Under the pieces are notes generated by a model. It saw only the letters and a list, made by a program, of their open reading frames with translations. It made no database searches and was not told the origin of the DNA. Shown here one piece after another: positions 36,634 to 47,620 of a stretch of DNA of 49,246 nt. The stretch is from the NCBI GenBank assembly GCA_008632985.1, contig QPGO01000108.1, positions 1 through 49,246 on the forward strand. The letters run 5' to 3'. Origin of the DNA: Psammoneis japonica (lineage: Eukaryota). A program made the position numbers and the translations under genes. How positions within the stretch are numbered: the stretch's first letter is position 1; the number at the start of each line of letters is the position of its first letter.

Positions 36634-38118
36634 ATCATGTCAATTCAATTGTCTTGGGTGTCACTCCTGATTTGATTGTCTCAGTGATGATGCTCGCAGT
36701 TTAGACAGCCAACGTGCTCCCAAATGCCCATGGGGGTTGAGACAAACAAAACCATGCTCCGGCTGATGGGGCACCAACAAATGCAGTGAAACAATTGGGC
36801 AAGTGTGCACAACAGCCAGCCAGCTGGCCAGCTGGCTGCTGCAGTGATCCACTGAGGTCCAGTCACAATCACAGTGCAAAAAATGGAAGATGTCCTTGTC
36901 ATTGACACCAAACTCAAACTCCCAATTCTTGTTCTTCTCACAATGCTTGATCATCTCAAACACTTCCATTGCCCACCAAAGCCATGCCTTGACAGGAGTT
37001 GTCACCATGGGAACCTTTGCAAGGACCTTTGACACAGCAAGTGGCTCCTCGCCAGATGCCGGTGAGCCAGTGACAACATTCTGCAGGGCACGAAATGCCG
37101 GGACCATGTTCTTCTTGTTGAACAATTTTGTCTTGTTGCCCTCCATCATGGCCTTTGCCATTTTGAACTTGTCTGGCAAGGAATGGGTGCCCACTTTTTC
37201 GTGGCAGCCCACCTTCACCAAGGCAGTTTGGCTGCACTTGCAGGACAGGCTGTGTGAATGACAGTCCCGGCTGACCGTGTCATGTTTGTTGCTGACATTC
37301 ACCTTGACATCAGTGTAAAGAGAACAGCCAAAGTCTCCAACCCAAAGTTCCTTGAGAATGTTGGAAGGCAACTCACACTTTGTGACAAGACCTTGAAGTC
37401 AACAAAAGTTGGCATCTGTCTTCAATTTGGGAGCATCACTGCATGTGAGGAGCGTCTTGGCTTTGCTGTCATTGCAGAGCTTTTGTGGAAGTTTGCCCAG
37501 CTAAAGATGGCAGAGAACACAAAAGAAGATGCGGCCATCTCAGTTGGGGATGACAAGCAGGGGTTGTTCTCCACTTGTTGTTTTCTGGTGTTTGGTCCAT
37601 CAATCGGCCAGAAGAGTGTGAAAAAAGCTGTGCTCTTCCTTGTCGCCATCATGCAAGGTCAAGAGAATGCTTTCATGTGTGGTGTGCGAACAGCCATTCA
37701 CCATCAAGTGGACAAGAGGATCTGGCTCATTGGCGTGCATGCCAGCAGATTTGGTGCAATTGTTTGTTGGCATGCCCTGTGCATGTTTGCTTGTTTTCAT
37801 TTTATTTTTTCAGTGGAACAGAACCACAAGCAAAGGAAAGTTGAGTGCGCTGGCAATGGCGGCATGGAGAGAGGAGAGAGAGTTTCCATGATGTCGTCAA
37901 TCCACGATCCACTGTCGATGAAGGGGGGGGGGCATGTCACAATCCCGCATGATCACAGCATGAACTGGCGGTGCACTGTGCTGCCCTCCAAGTCCAATTT
38001 TCAACACAAATGATTCATCACTGAACAACAGCCACACTGTCAGAAGGGTTTCACACAGCCTCAAAGTTGCCATTGCCTGTCATTGCGTTCCTCATTTGTG
38101 CACGTTGTTTCACGTTGA

Positions 38119-39968
38119 TTGTTGGAGGGAGAAAATGTGGTGGCTGTGTTTTTTTGCAGTGTGCAGCCTGGCGCAAACTCTCTGCTCCACCCAGCTGCCA
38201 GAGCAGAGAGCAACAAATGCAAAAATGAAAATTTCCTCTTCAAAGCGATCGAACATGCTTTGTGCATGAAAAGTGACAGGTTTTCAGCAATGTTGACGAC
38301 AACCTTGAGGCAAAAAGCCATCACCCTCAATGTGTCAAAAGTTTTGTTGTTGCAAACAGATTTCATGTTTGCACTTGCACTCCACAACAATTCAACATGG
38401 CAGAGTTTGCCAATGAGGTTTCCATGCAACTGCAATCAGACTTCCTTCACAGAAGAGAGGGTGACAGCGACGACAACGGCAACCAAATTCTTCCCCCAAA
38501 CGGAGCTGTGTTGGAGCTGGGGGGTGGCTTCACAGTGTGTTGCAACCCAAGAAAAATGTGGCCGGCCTCATTGTTGAGGAGTTGATGCCGGAGAGAATCA
38601 TCGTCCAAGAGAGGAGATGGAAATGGCCTTTGAAGAACTTCTCCACAATGGGTCCAATGCTCTCACCATGTTTTCTGGAAGCCCTGGTCCCTGGCATTGG
38701 AAAATCCACACTCTTGTTCCTTGTTGCGCTCTGCAGGGTTGTCACCAAGAACGACAAAGTTGTCCACCTCCATTGGGCGGATGACACAGACAAACTTGTC
38801 AGCATTTTTGCAATGGAGCACAAAGAGAACCATGTTTTTATCTGCTTTTCTAGAGAGGTGTCCCAGACACTCGATGCAGCAGTGAAATGTGAAAGCCTTC
38901 GTCATTGTTTTGATCATGGAGTCTCTTGGACGGATCCCTCTGTCATGGGTGTTGCGGATGGTCCAAAAAGCCCCGAGTTTTCAAGATTTTCCAAACTCAC
39001 TCATGGATGTGCATCCGGCAGTGATGCAAGGATTGAGCATCACATGGTTTGGAAAACATTCAATGCAGCCATGGGTGGCTGGAAGAAGGTGGATCTGGAA
39101 ACCGCCATTGTGGCCCAATTGAAGCTTGACCCGACAGAGATGAATCCAGAGTCAACCCAATTTTTTGACCAAGAAAAGTTTGATGCTGTGCATTTTGTGC
39201 ATGGAGGGCGCATTTGTGGTTTCCCACAATCCTGCCAATCACAAGACGGCGTCGATGTGACATTCGCCGACCATGTTGTTGCTCCCATTTCCAAGCAGCA
39301 GGCTTCACTTTTGCTCTCTCACTCCAATTGCCGATCAACGACGAGCATGTGGACTCTCTGCAAACTGTCTTTTGGATGGCAAATGGATCTGCGGACAATG
39401 TTGTGTTGCACGTGACTTGGGCTGCATGTTGCAAAAGCTGAGGATGAACATCAGTGAGGAAGAGCTTTTCTCCAGCTGCCAAAAGGCAGAGGCAGAGGGC
39501 AACAAGGGGGCTCAGTCAAACCATTTTAAAGAAATGCTGCACTGGTGTTTTTGCCTGGAGGGCACATCCCCATCAATTGCTCAATCAGTTCACACTGAAG
39601 GAAGTGGTGCTGAAGGTGTCGGCAAGCTTGTGCAGAAGAATCAGCACTGGATTCCATCAGCTCCCAATTTTGCAAACATTGACTCTGCTGTGGCTGGCAG
39701 TGATGAGAAGGTTTGGTGCTGCCAACTCACTGTTTCTAGAAAACATTCCCACAAGAAGTGGCATTTACAAAACACCTTTCTCAACCACACTTCATTCTTG
39801 GATGACATGAACGAGGTTGTCATTGTGTTTGTTGTCCCACAGGGGACAGAAATTGCTCTGCCAGACACTGGCGGCAAGGCTGAAACTGACATTTTCCAAG
39901 TCAACTGCTCTGCACTCGATGCAGTTCTTTCTTCCGTTGGACTCCTGGCAGCTGGAGTGGCAGTGTGA
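38119..39968 (+). pseudogene. Crinkler/RHS-like P-loop NTPase + restriction-endonuclease-fold gene relic
   Basis: Walker A (G)SPGIGKSTLLFL is broken by a 7-bp duplication at ~38682-38695; Walker-B-like VADG follows; C-terminal WIPSAPNFANIDSAV..CQLTVSRKH..VIVFVVP. Confidence 0.7.
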
Positions 39969-42336
39969 TCTGGTCTTTGACAGTTGACAGCACAGTCCAT
40001 TGCTCAAAATCACAACACTGGAGTTCATCCAGCACTGCAGCATGAGACCATGCACCCCAACAAACAAGTCTGCTTGTTTGCTTTGTTAAATTGTCAGCTC
40101 TGTTGCCTTGTTTTAACCATGAATGCCAGATGTGTTTTGCCACCTGACCCTGGCTGCAGAGCAAGTTTGCAACTGCAAGCAAGCATTTGATTTCATGATT
40201 GACGATTGACTGCAAGTTCAGGTTCATTTGCTTGACTTTCTCACAGTCAAGAGAAACAGTCTTCAAACAGAGGATGTTGAAAGGGCACTCTGTGAGAAGT
40301 GCCGCAGTGCCATGGGGTGGGGTGCAAGAAGTGGCACTGTGGGATGTCACACAATGATGCACATGAAGCCAACCCTGACACATGTGCAACCAAGCCCTTC
40401 AACATCCTCATCACAACAACAAGTCTGCTGGGCTCACAGCAAATGCAATGGCATGTGCAGTGCTGGAGCAGCATCCTTTCTGTTTTCAATGCCCGCGGAA
40501 GCATCAGAACAAAAAATGAACCTTCACGTCAATGATGCGTGCACAACAAATGCAGCGCTTGCAGCAGGCAAGAAGTCAATGCAATGACTGGCCAGCCTCA
40601 ATCCATCTGACTCAGATGTGCTGCCAGACTGTTTTACAAGCAAAGCATGCTGAATCAGCTGCCGACCATTCCACTGCATTCTTGAGGTGAGATGAAAGTC
40701 TGTTCTGTGTGGGGCATCAGTTGGGCCATGAAGTCACTTCTTTTGTTGCAACTTTTGCAACATGTTGGTGCTGGGCAGGTCAAAAATCAAAAACCTCATT
40801 GACACTGCCAGTGTTGAGCACAATCATGTTGCCTCCTCCGGATTGGCCCAAGTCCATTGTCTTTGTCCATCAGCACATCCGCAGCCCTTTGCTGCGCCAC
40901 TTTGCTTTTGCTTCAGGGGCATCAGGTTTCTCTCCCTCCATTGTCATTTGTCACACAATGGGTGGCTGTCATCCATTTCGGCTGGAGGCAAGAGGCAAAG
41001 ATGCAACAATGCAAAAGAGCAAGCCACACACAAGACACGGAACAATTGAGAGGCCACAGCACAAGTTCTTGAGTGTGGCTGGAACAACAACAGAGCAAAA
41101 ACACAAGCAACCACCCCGTGTGTGCCAAGAATTTGAATGGATCTCCACAGCAGCCACCAAAGTTGTCTTGTTTCTTGAGCCCAGCACTTTTGAGCATCAT
41201 CTGCAGCTCGCCCTTCTTCCACAGCGTGCAAGCATCCGTGGCGCCACCGACAAAAAGAGCAAAGAGAGAGCAGCAAGTTTTCAGCCTTCCTCCTGGCAGG
41301 AGCTTTGATGTCGGGATTCCTGTCAGGCAAAGCACTGTTGCTGACAGACCAGCGCTGTGCAGCATGTGTGCGCTCTCTTCAGGAGCTCTCACTTGACAGA
41401 AGGGCGCCAAAGTTGAAAATTGACCGGAGAGAGCTTGTGCTGCTGGCTGGGGGTTCAGGGTGCTGTTTTTGTCCTGCAAACTCTCTTTTTGCCATTTTGT
41501 CCCCAGATCTCATGCACAAAGGGCTGATTTTCTTTTGTCTGTGAAAGCTTGCTCTGGAGCTGCGCCGCCATCTTGCTTCACAAGCAGCAAAAGCTGGGCG
41601 GGCCTCGCTTCTTGAGCACACCAACTTGCCAAAGCAAGCAACAAGTTCTTGCTTGTCACATTGTTTCATCTGTGTCATCCCATGGCTTCATCGGAGAGAT
41701 TCGGTTGGATTCATGCGTCATTCTACTGCCGGTAGAACGCAATGTGATGGCTGTGCGGCCTAAAAATTCACTGCACTGTACGGTGTTTGATGATGATTCG
41801 GGGGACCAAAAGAAGATTCATTGGATTAGTCGGAGTTGCCATATGAAAGATTCGTTGTAGAAATCTACGGGAAAAACGTACGACGAATCTGCGGAGGTGA
41901 GTGAGCCAGTCACGACGAAATTTCAGATCGGCGGCGACCACTTTTTTCTTTTTTTCTCTGCGTTTGTAAAAGGGCACTGTGTGTAAGTCGCGAGACACTT
42001 TGGCCGTTGTTTGTCGTTCGATGATTTTTGCGTGAAAAAGCGTGTATATGAGCCTTGTATATGTCTTGCTTGTGTGAAATGCATTTGTTGGAGAGCTGGA
42101 GCCTGGAGCGTACTTTTGTTCATCATCGCGTCTCAACGCTCCTCTTCCAGCATTTGAGAGAGGTGAGCGAAGATTCACGAGATTCAGCCGCACGGGCTTG
42201 CGAGTACGAGATTCGCCGTAAGATTCTACGCGTCCGATACGTGTCTCCCGGCGACACTCCCACTTTTTCTGACACCTCATAATGCTATTGCTTTCGACGT
42301 AACACAGAGCGGCTCTTCGGGACAAAGACAGGTATC

Positions 42337-44122
42337 ATGTTACGACTTAAGAAGCTCAAAAAGAAGATTGCGACTGAGGAGGGCCCCAGCTGTCCACATA
42401 GCACAATCTCGGAAGCATCTGGTGACAATTTTACCCAAATGGTGATTGAGAACGTACCTCGCACCATTTCAGTGGCGAGCAGCGTCACTCACCCTGGTTC
42501 GACTGGATCCATCTCCTCTGACGGACTTCATGTTATGGGGCCCAAATATAGCGACGACGAGACTAGTGCCTCTGGGGGAGTTTACATTCTCAACAGTTTG
42601 CGTAAGGGAGATTCGCCGAGCGAAACTACCATGTCGGTTGGTTCCAATCAAAGTCTAGATTCACCTCACGAATGTTCTGTATCGGGCGAAGCAAGCACCG
42701 CAATGGCTGACTCGAATGCGAAGAATGAAACGGCGGAGACACGTAAGCGCAAGTCCGATGTTCTGAACAAGGTCCCAGATGAGGACAAATCCGCCGAGGA
42801 CTCTCTTCCGCAGAAGAAGCCTTGCGTGAGCATTGCTCCGGATGTGCGTTTTCTCGCGAGCTCTGACGATACCAATCACCTTAATCCTCTCCACACCTTC
42901 ATCCGCAAGCAGATCGAGGTCTTTACGGCTTCTCCTGAAGACATGGCACAGCCTGCACCCGGACGAAAGACTCCCGTGAAACTGAACCAAGTCGGGCTCC
43001 GCTGCACTCACTGCAAGCATCTATCGCCTCGGGATCGTGTCAAGCGCGCTGTCTGTTACCCTACTAGCCTGGGTCGCGTGTATCACTCTGTAAGTGATAT
43101 GAAGTTTGATCACTTTAGCAACTGCCGTGGACTCTCGCCGGAGTTGCGCGCCGAGTTTGAATCTCTCAAGCTTCAGTCCAAGACGGCCGGAGGAAAAAAC
43201 TCCGGTTCGTCGACTTCCAAGTACTATCAAGCCGCAGCAATGAGGATGGGAATGGTGGATGGTCATGGTGGTATTTACATGGGCCACGTGGGTGAGACTC
43301 AGCAACCAGTGAGACCGAGTGTCCCTTCCATTGCTCCTCCTCGCAAAGTGCCTGCTACGAAGAAGACCAGAGAGCTTGCGAGGAGAGTGTCAAGTGACGA
43401 CGTTCGACCTTCGCCTCCACGTCAAGTTGTGGCTGCGGCTACCTCATACCGACAGCTTCCTCCCGTGTTTTCAATCCCACCTTTGATCTACCCCATGACG
43501 ACCTCCAACCACTCTAGTTCACCACGCTCTGGAAGAGTGCTTCTTTCATCCCCGTTGGACGAGCAATTCCTCAACCCACTTCATTGCTTTGTTCGACGCA
43601 ATGTCGAAGTCTTTGCTGCAACCCCGGAAGACATTGCAGCTCCCTCTCCTGGCCGGAAAACAAGGGTTGCCGTTGGACAAATCGGTCTCCGTTGCATTCA
43701 CTGCGCAAAACTACCTGCAAAAGAACGTGTCAAGCGCACCGTGTGCTACCCGCCGTCAGTCGGAGGTATCTACCACTCTGTATCTAATATGAAGTTTGAT
43801 CATTTCGGCAAATGCAGGGGCTTGCCAGAAGCAGCTCGGGCCGAATTTGAGTCACTCAGGGAATCTTGCAGTAGTCGCCGCGGCGGCGGCTCAAACAACT
43901 CGTTTAATGACCAACTCGACTGCCCAGTACTACCACGACTCTGCGATTAGACTTGGCTTGATTGACAAGGGGGCAGGGATTCGTTTCAGGGATCAGCGAA
44001 TTTTGTCAGAAGCTCCCAAGTCTTTGGCGCGACCTCCAGCAGACGGGATCCATGCTCTCATGTTGGCGGCTACAAATCCGCGCGTTCGTGCCGACTTTGA
44101 CAGACAACATGTCAAGGTTTAA
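42337..44122 (+). CDS. protein with two tandem Cys/His domains (diatom putative transcription-factor type); apparent frameshift near 43880-43905
   Basis: Two copies of LNPLHxFxRxxxEVFxA..PGRKT.V...QxGLRCxHC..RVKRxVCYP..YHSVSxMKFDHFxxCRGL. The end of repeat 2 (NSTAQYYHDSAIRLGLID, cf. SSTSKYYQAAAMRMGMVD) lies in the +1 frame. Confidence 0.8.
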
Positions 44123-44479
44123 ATTTTGTTGTCTATCTGCCCGGATTGTGGATAGACGTCGTTTTTGATTTTTAACATGTTATAGACCAACTCCATGCAA
44201 TGCACCTACTAGACTAGGGCAAATACTGTAACGTGATTCGAATGGGCAAGTAGAGTGAACTACTTAAACTCAATTTATCTAGTGAAGAAGATGAGTCCAT
44301 GGATCAGCAAGGATCGTGCGTAACTAGAAGTAGGAACGTAACGTTCTTGGTTTCTGAAAGCGCGGTGAGGCAAGTCGGACTGAACCGATTCCATGACGAG
44401 GGCGCAAATAGACCTAAATGGGAGTTGATGTTCTGTCGACTTAACGGCACTTTGACCCTCTTTTTGATGTGCATCAGGC

Positions 44480-44760
44480 CCCCAGTGACGTGATTAATTG
44501 AATAGAGAAATAGCAAGACGTCGCCAGTTGCATGACGTTGGGTCAAATAAGGAAAACCAACACGCGTGGTGCTCCGCAGAAAAGAAAACTAGGTTCTCAG
44601 CTCCTTCCATAAATGCTGATCAACGCGGTGGCGGAAAAGCGCGGTCCGCATACGTGTGAGCACAATCTACGTGGTCACAAGTACTGATGATCACGTACGT
44701 ATGCAATCTTTCCCATTTCGATTTCTACGTAGGATCCAGTACAACTTCTACGTGATCATT
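44480..44760. promoter_or_regulatory. cluster of ACGT-core (TGACGT/CTACGT) motifs upstream of the plastid-protein gene
   Basis: TGACGTGA, TGACGTT, TACGTG, TCTACGTGG, CACGTACGT, TCTACGTAG and TCTACGTGA within ~280 bp; bZIP-type cores. Function is inferred only. Confidence 0.35.
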
Positions 44761-44829
44761 GACACCGAAGATCAAAATTCGATTTGACATCTTCTGCTCT
44801 CACATTTTTCGTTCGTCGTCAAATCAAAC

Positions 44830-45339
44830 ATGGTGAGTGAATTTGGAAACGAAGAGCATCCTTCTTTTTGAATGAGAGGCATTTCCTCGCAGGCGCGTAG
44901 CAACGGGTGTTCACAGAGTGTTACTTACTCTCCTTTTCTTCATTTTCTTTTTCAGTACAAGATCACCGCCCTTCTCGCCCTTGTTGCCTCGGCTTCGGCC
45001 TTTGCCCCCACCTCTTTCGGAGTTCGCCCTTCCACCAAGGTTTTCTTCGAATACGGAAAGTACGACGACCAGGTGTGGGACATGGCAGCCAAGGATGATG
45101 TCTACGCCAGCTGGGACCCCAACCAGCCCCGTACCACCCAGAACTTCAACCCCTACGAGACATTCGGCGGAAACTCCCCCGACGCCAGTGGAATCTACCC
45201 CGGTGAGGCTTTCTACAAGGATCCCATCCGTGGTGATGCCAGTTGGGACATCATGGTCAAGGAACGTGAAGCTGCCGAGGCCCGTGCTGCCAACCCCAAG
45301 CCCGGTGATGTTCCTGGAGCCCCTGGATGCAAGAACTAA
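44830..45339 (+). CDS. small plastid-targeted protein of unknown function; exons 44830-44832 and 44956-45339
   Basis: ATG|GTGAGT intron ..TTTTCAG|TAC gives MYKITALLALVASASAFAP (signal peptide with the ASAFAP cleavage motif); strong C-ending codon bias. Confidence 0.88.
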
Positions 45340-45611
45340 GTTCTTTCATTCTCATTCGAACATGCGCACGAAAATTGACATAGATCCATTCTAACTCATA
45401 AATCACACGCATTGCATCAGACAATTCGCACGTCTTTCATGAATTTAGTAGGTAATTGCGTTTATTTCATAGAGCATGCCGATAGCCGATTTCTATTGAC
45501 TTTCGAGAAACAATTCAGCGCACCAATCGCAAATTCGATAGCGCACTTCGATACCGCAGAATTTTTTTCATCTCAAGCGCACTTACTATAAACTGTGGCC
45601 GAACGAGTTTA

Positions 45612-46685
45612 TCAGTGGGTCAATCTCGGCCATCCATTTGCATCACGCTTTTCCAAAGTGATTGTCAAGTCCCCGTCTTTTGATTCCGTGCCTCTGTCCA
45701 ACGTCCACGTTGAACCGTCAGTATCAATGTGGTCGAAAAGTTTCATACCTACCATCTCCGTTTTTCGAACCTCGACAGAAATTGATTTAGAAAGAAACTT
45801 GACTTTGACATCCTTGGTAGTAACATCGCCAGGGACAGGAATGACCACCTCGATTTCGTCTTCCGTTTGTGTCCACGAATACCCGTCCTCCACCTTTGCC
45901 ACCCCGTCGTCTCCCGCAAGAGCTGGCTGGACTTCGTTCCGACCAGTGATTTGATTCATGGAAGTTTGATACTCCAAATTCTGCATGGTTGCCTTCTGAA
46001 GCCACTCTGCGTCTGCGGCAGTATCTTTTCCAAGTTCAAACGAAACATTTCTCAAAACAGGTTTGGTCTACAGGAAATTCGAACAGTTCGTTAGTTCAAT
46101 CCACTTTTCGAAGTAAGAACATTTTTGGATCCAAGTAGGCTTTCATTCTCCAGCGTATGAACATTCACGACGTACCTTTATCCTTCCAATGTAAACATCG
46201 CCGTAAAATTGCGGCGGAGGGTTGAATCCGGCACGGGCAGCGTAGTCACTAGCGCGAGAATTGAGCGGAAGGCGTTTGAGCATCCCCACCTCATCCAAAT
46301 AAATATTGATTGCCGTAAAGTCGTTTGAGGGTGTCGCATGAACCAGTGAAAAGGATTCCACACTGCCCTCGGATGCAACCTGAGCCAACGCCGCTTCCGA
46401 GACGGATGCTTCCACATTCCCCAGTTGCTGAGTAGCGTGTTCTTTGAACAATTTCAAATCGACAGTTTTCGAACCACCACCAAACGCTGGTTTCAAGTAA
46501 GTCAACAACAAATCCCCGTCGGCGCTTGATTTTTCCAAGGGAATCGCAAACGACTTTTCTTCGAGCGGTCTCGAAGAATCATGTGGGATCTCCACAAACG
46601 TAATTCTCTCCTGAGGCAAATTTTCGGCTTCTCGAAGCGCTTCTGCCACCTGGGCTCTACGTCTTTCTTCTGGAGTTTCAATCAT
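45612..46685 (-). CDS. NudC-like CS (p23) domain protein; exons 46685-46176 and 46067-45612
   Basis: GTACGT..ACTAAC..TGTAG intron joins the exons in frame; C-terminal YSWTQTEDEIEV..DVKVKF..LFDHIDTDGSTWTLD..LTITLEK..W CS domain. Confidence 0.85.
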
Positions 46686-47043
46686 GACTCCCTAGAGAAG
46701 AAGAAGAAGAAAAATGCCACGCATATTGTACATCACCCAGTGTCTGTCAGCTACCGGTACACAGATTGAAGATGGTCTCGGTTTCGCGCTTCAATCCAAA
46801 CACAACTTACCCGTTCTCGCAGCCATGCGAGCCGCTGCTCCGGTGTCATTCCATCGTCGTCCTTTTCCTCCGACATGATCAATGATGCGGTTCTTGTAAA
46901 TGGCGTGTGTCAACGTTTCACGGTGTAAGAATGAAATGCCATGGGTCGTTGAACAAGTAGCAAGGTGAATGTGATCGAAGGTGGGCGAAACCGAAAGAGG
47001 TCGTAGACTTACAAAGAGCATGTAGATTTCTACGTCGGTTTTG

Positions 47044-47520
47044 GCGGCTATCGCCGCTTTTCTCGTTTATCCTCGGCGGCGATCTTCAAGCTAGTGTAAA
47101 TCTAAAGGCCAGTGATCCAAGGTAGGAGTGGAGTGGGCTTTACTAGCACACGAACTTTCCTTCTCCAAACAAAAAACCCAGGCTGGACGGCAAGGGCCAG
47201 AGGGCGGGAGAGGTGGGAGCGTTTTAATCTATCTACGGGCCGGCTTGCTGTTGTTGTTTCCAAAGGAATGAGAGGAAACAAAGCAGCCGGTGAGAGAGGC
47301 GGCCAGGAAGTTCGGGAACTTTCAAATGGAATGGGGAATCTCGCCTTGCGGATTGCTCGAGGACAGCGGCTATCGCCGCTTTTCTCGTTTATCCTCGGCT
47401 GCGATCTTCAAGCTAGTGTAAATCTAAAGGCCAGTGATCCAAGGTAGGAGTGGAGTGGGCTTTGCTAGCACACGAACTTTCCTTCTCCAAACAAAAAACC
47501 CAGGCTGGACGGCAAGGGCC
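47044..47520. repeat. split direct repeats: 155-bp copies at 47044-47198 and 47366-47520 flanking a 167-bp segment
   Basis: The copies differ at 2 positions; matches the B1-A2-B2 3' end of Ngaro elements. Confidence 0.92.
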
Positions 47521-47620
47521 TCCAGCCACCTCCAAATGCACTGCATGAGCTGCGCAGGGCGCAGTGGAGGCTGTGACAAATTGGGTGGGAGAGGTGGGAT
47601 CGTCTGGCGGGCTGTGGCGG

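Larger units (their letters stand above)
18620..41720. other. ~23-kb TpA-depleted nested transposon block
   Basis: TA is almost absent except in protected contexts and young insertions; long ORFs are nearly Tyr-free and Cys/His-rich. Edges are approximate. Confidence 0.9.

Noticed and set aside
43871..43927. GT-AG intron rescuing the frameshift
   Set aside because: Its 57-nt length keeps the same frame and would remove conserved residues.
47044..47520. LTR pair or assembly duplication
   Set aside because: No TG..CA ends, both copies lie on one side of the ORFs and differ at two sites; the layout fits Ngaro split repeats.
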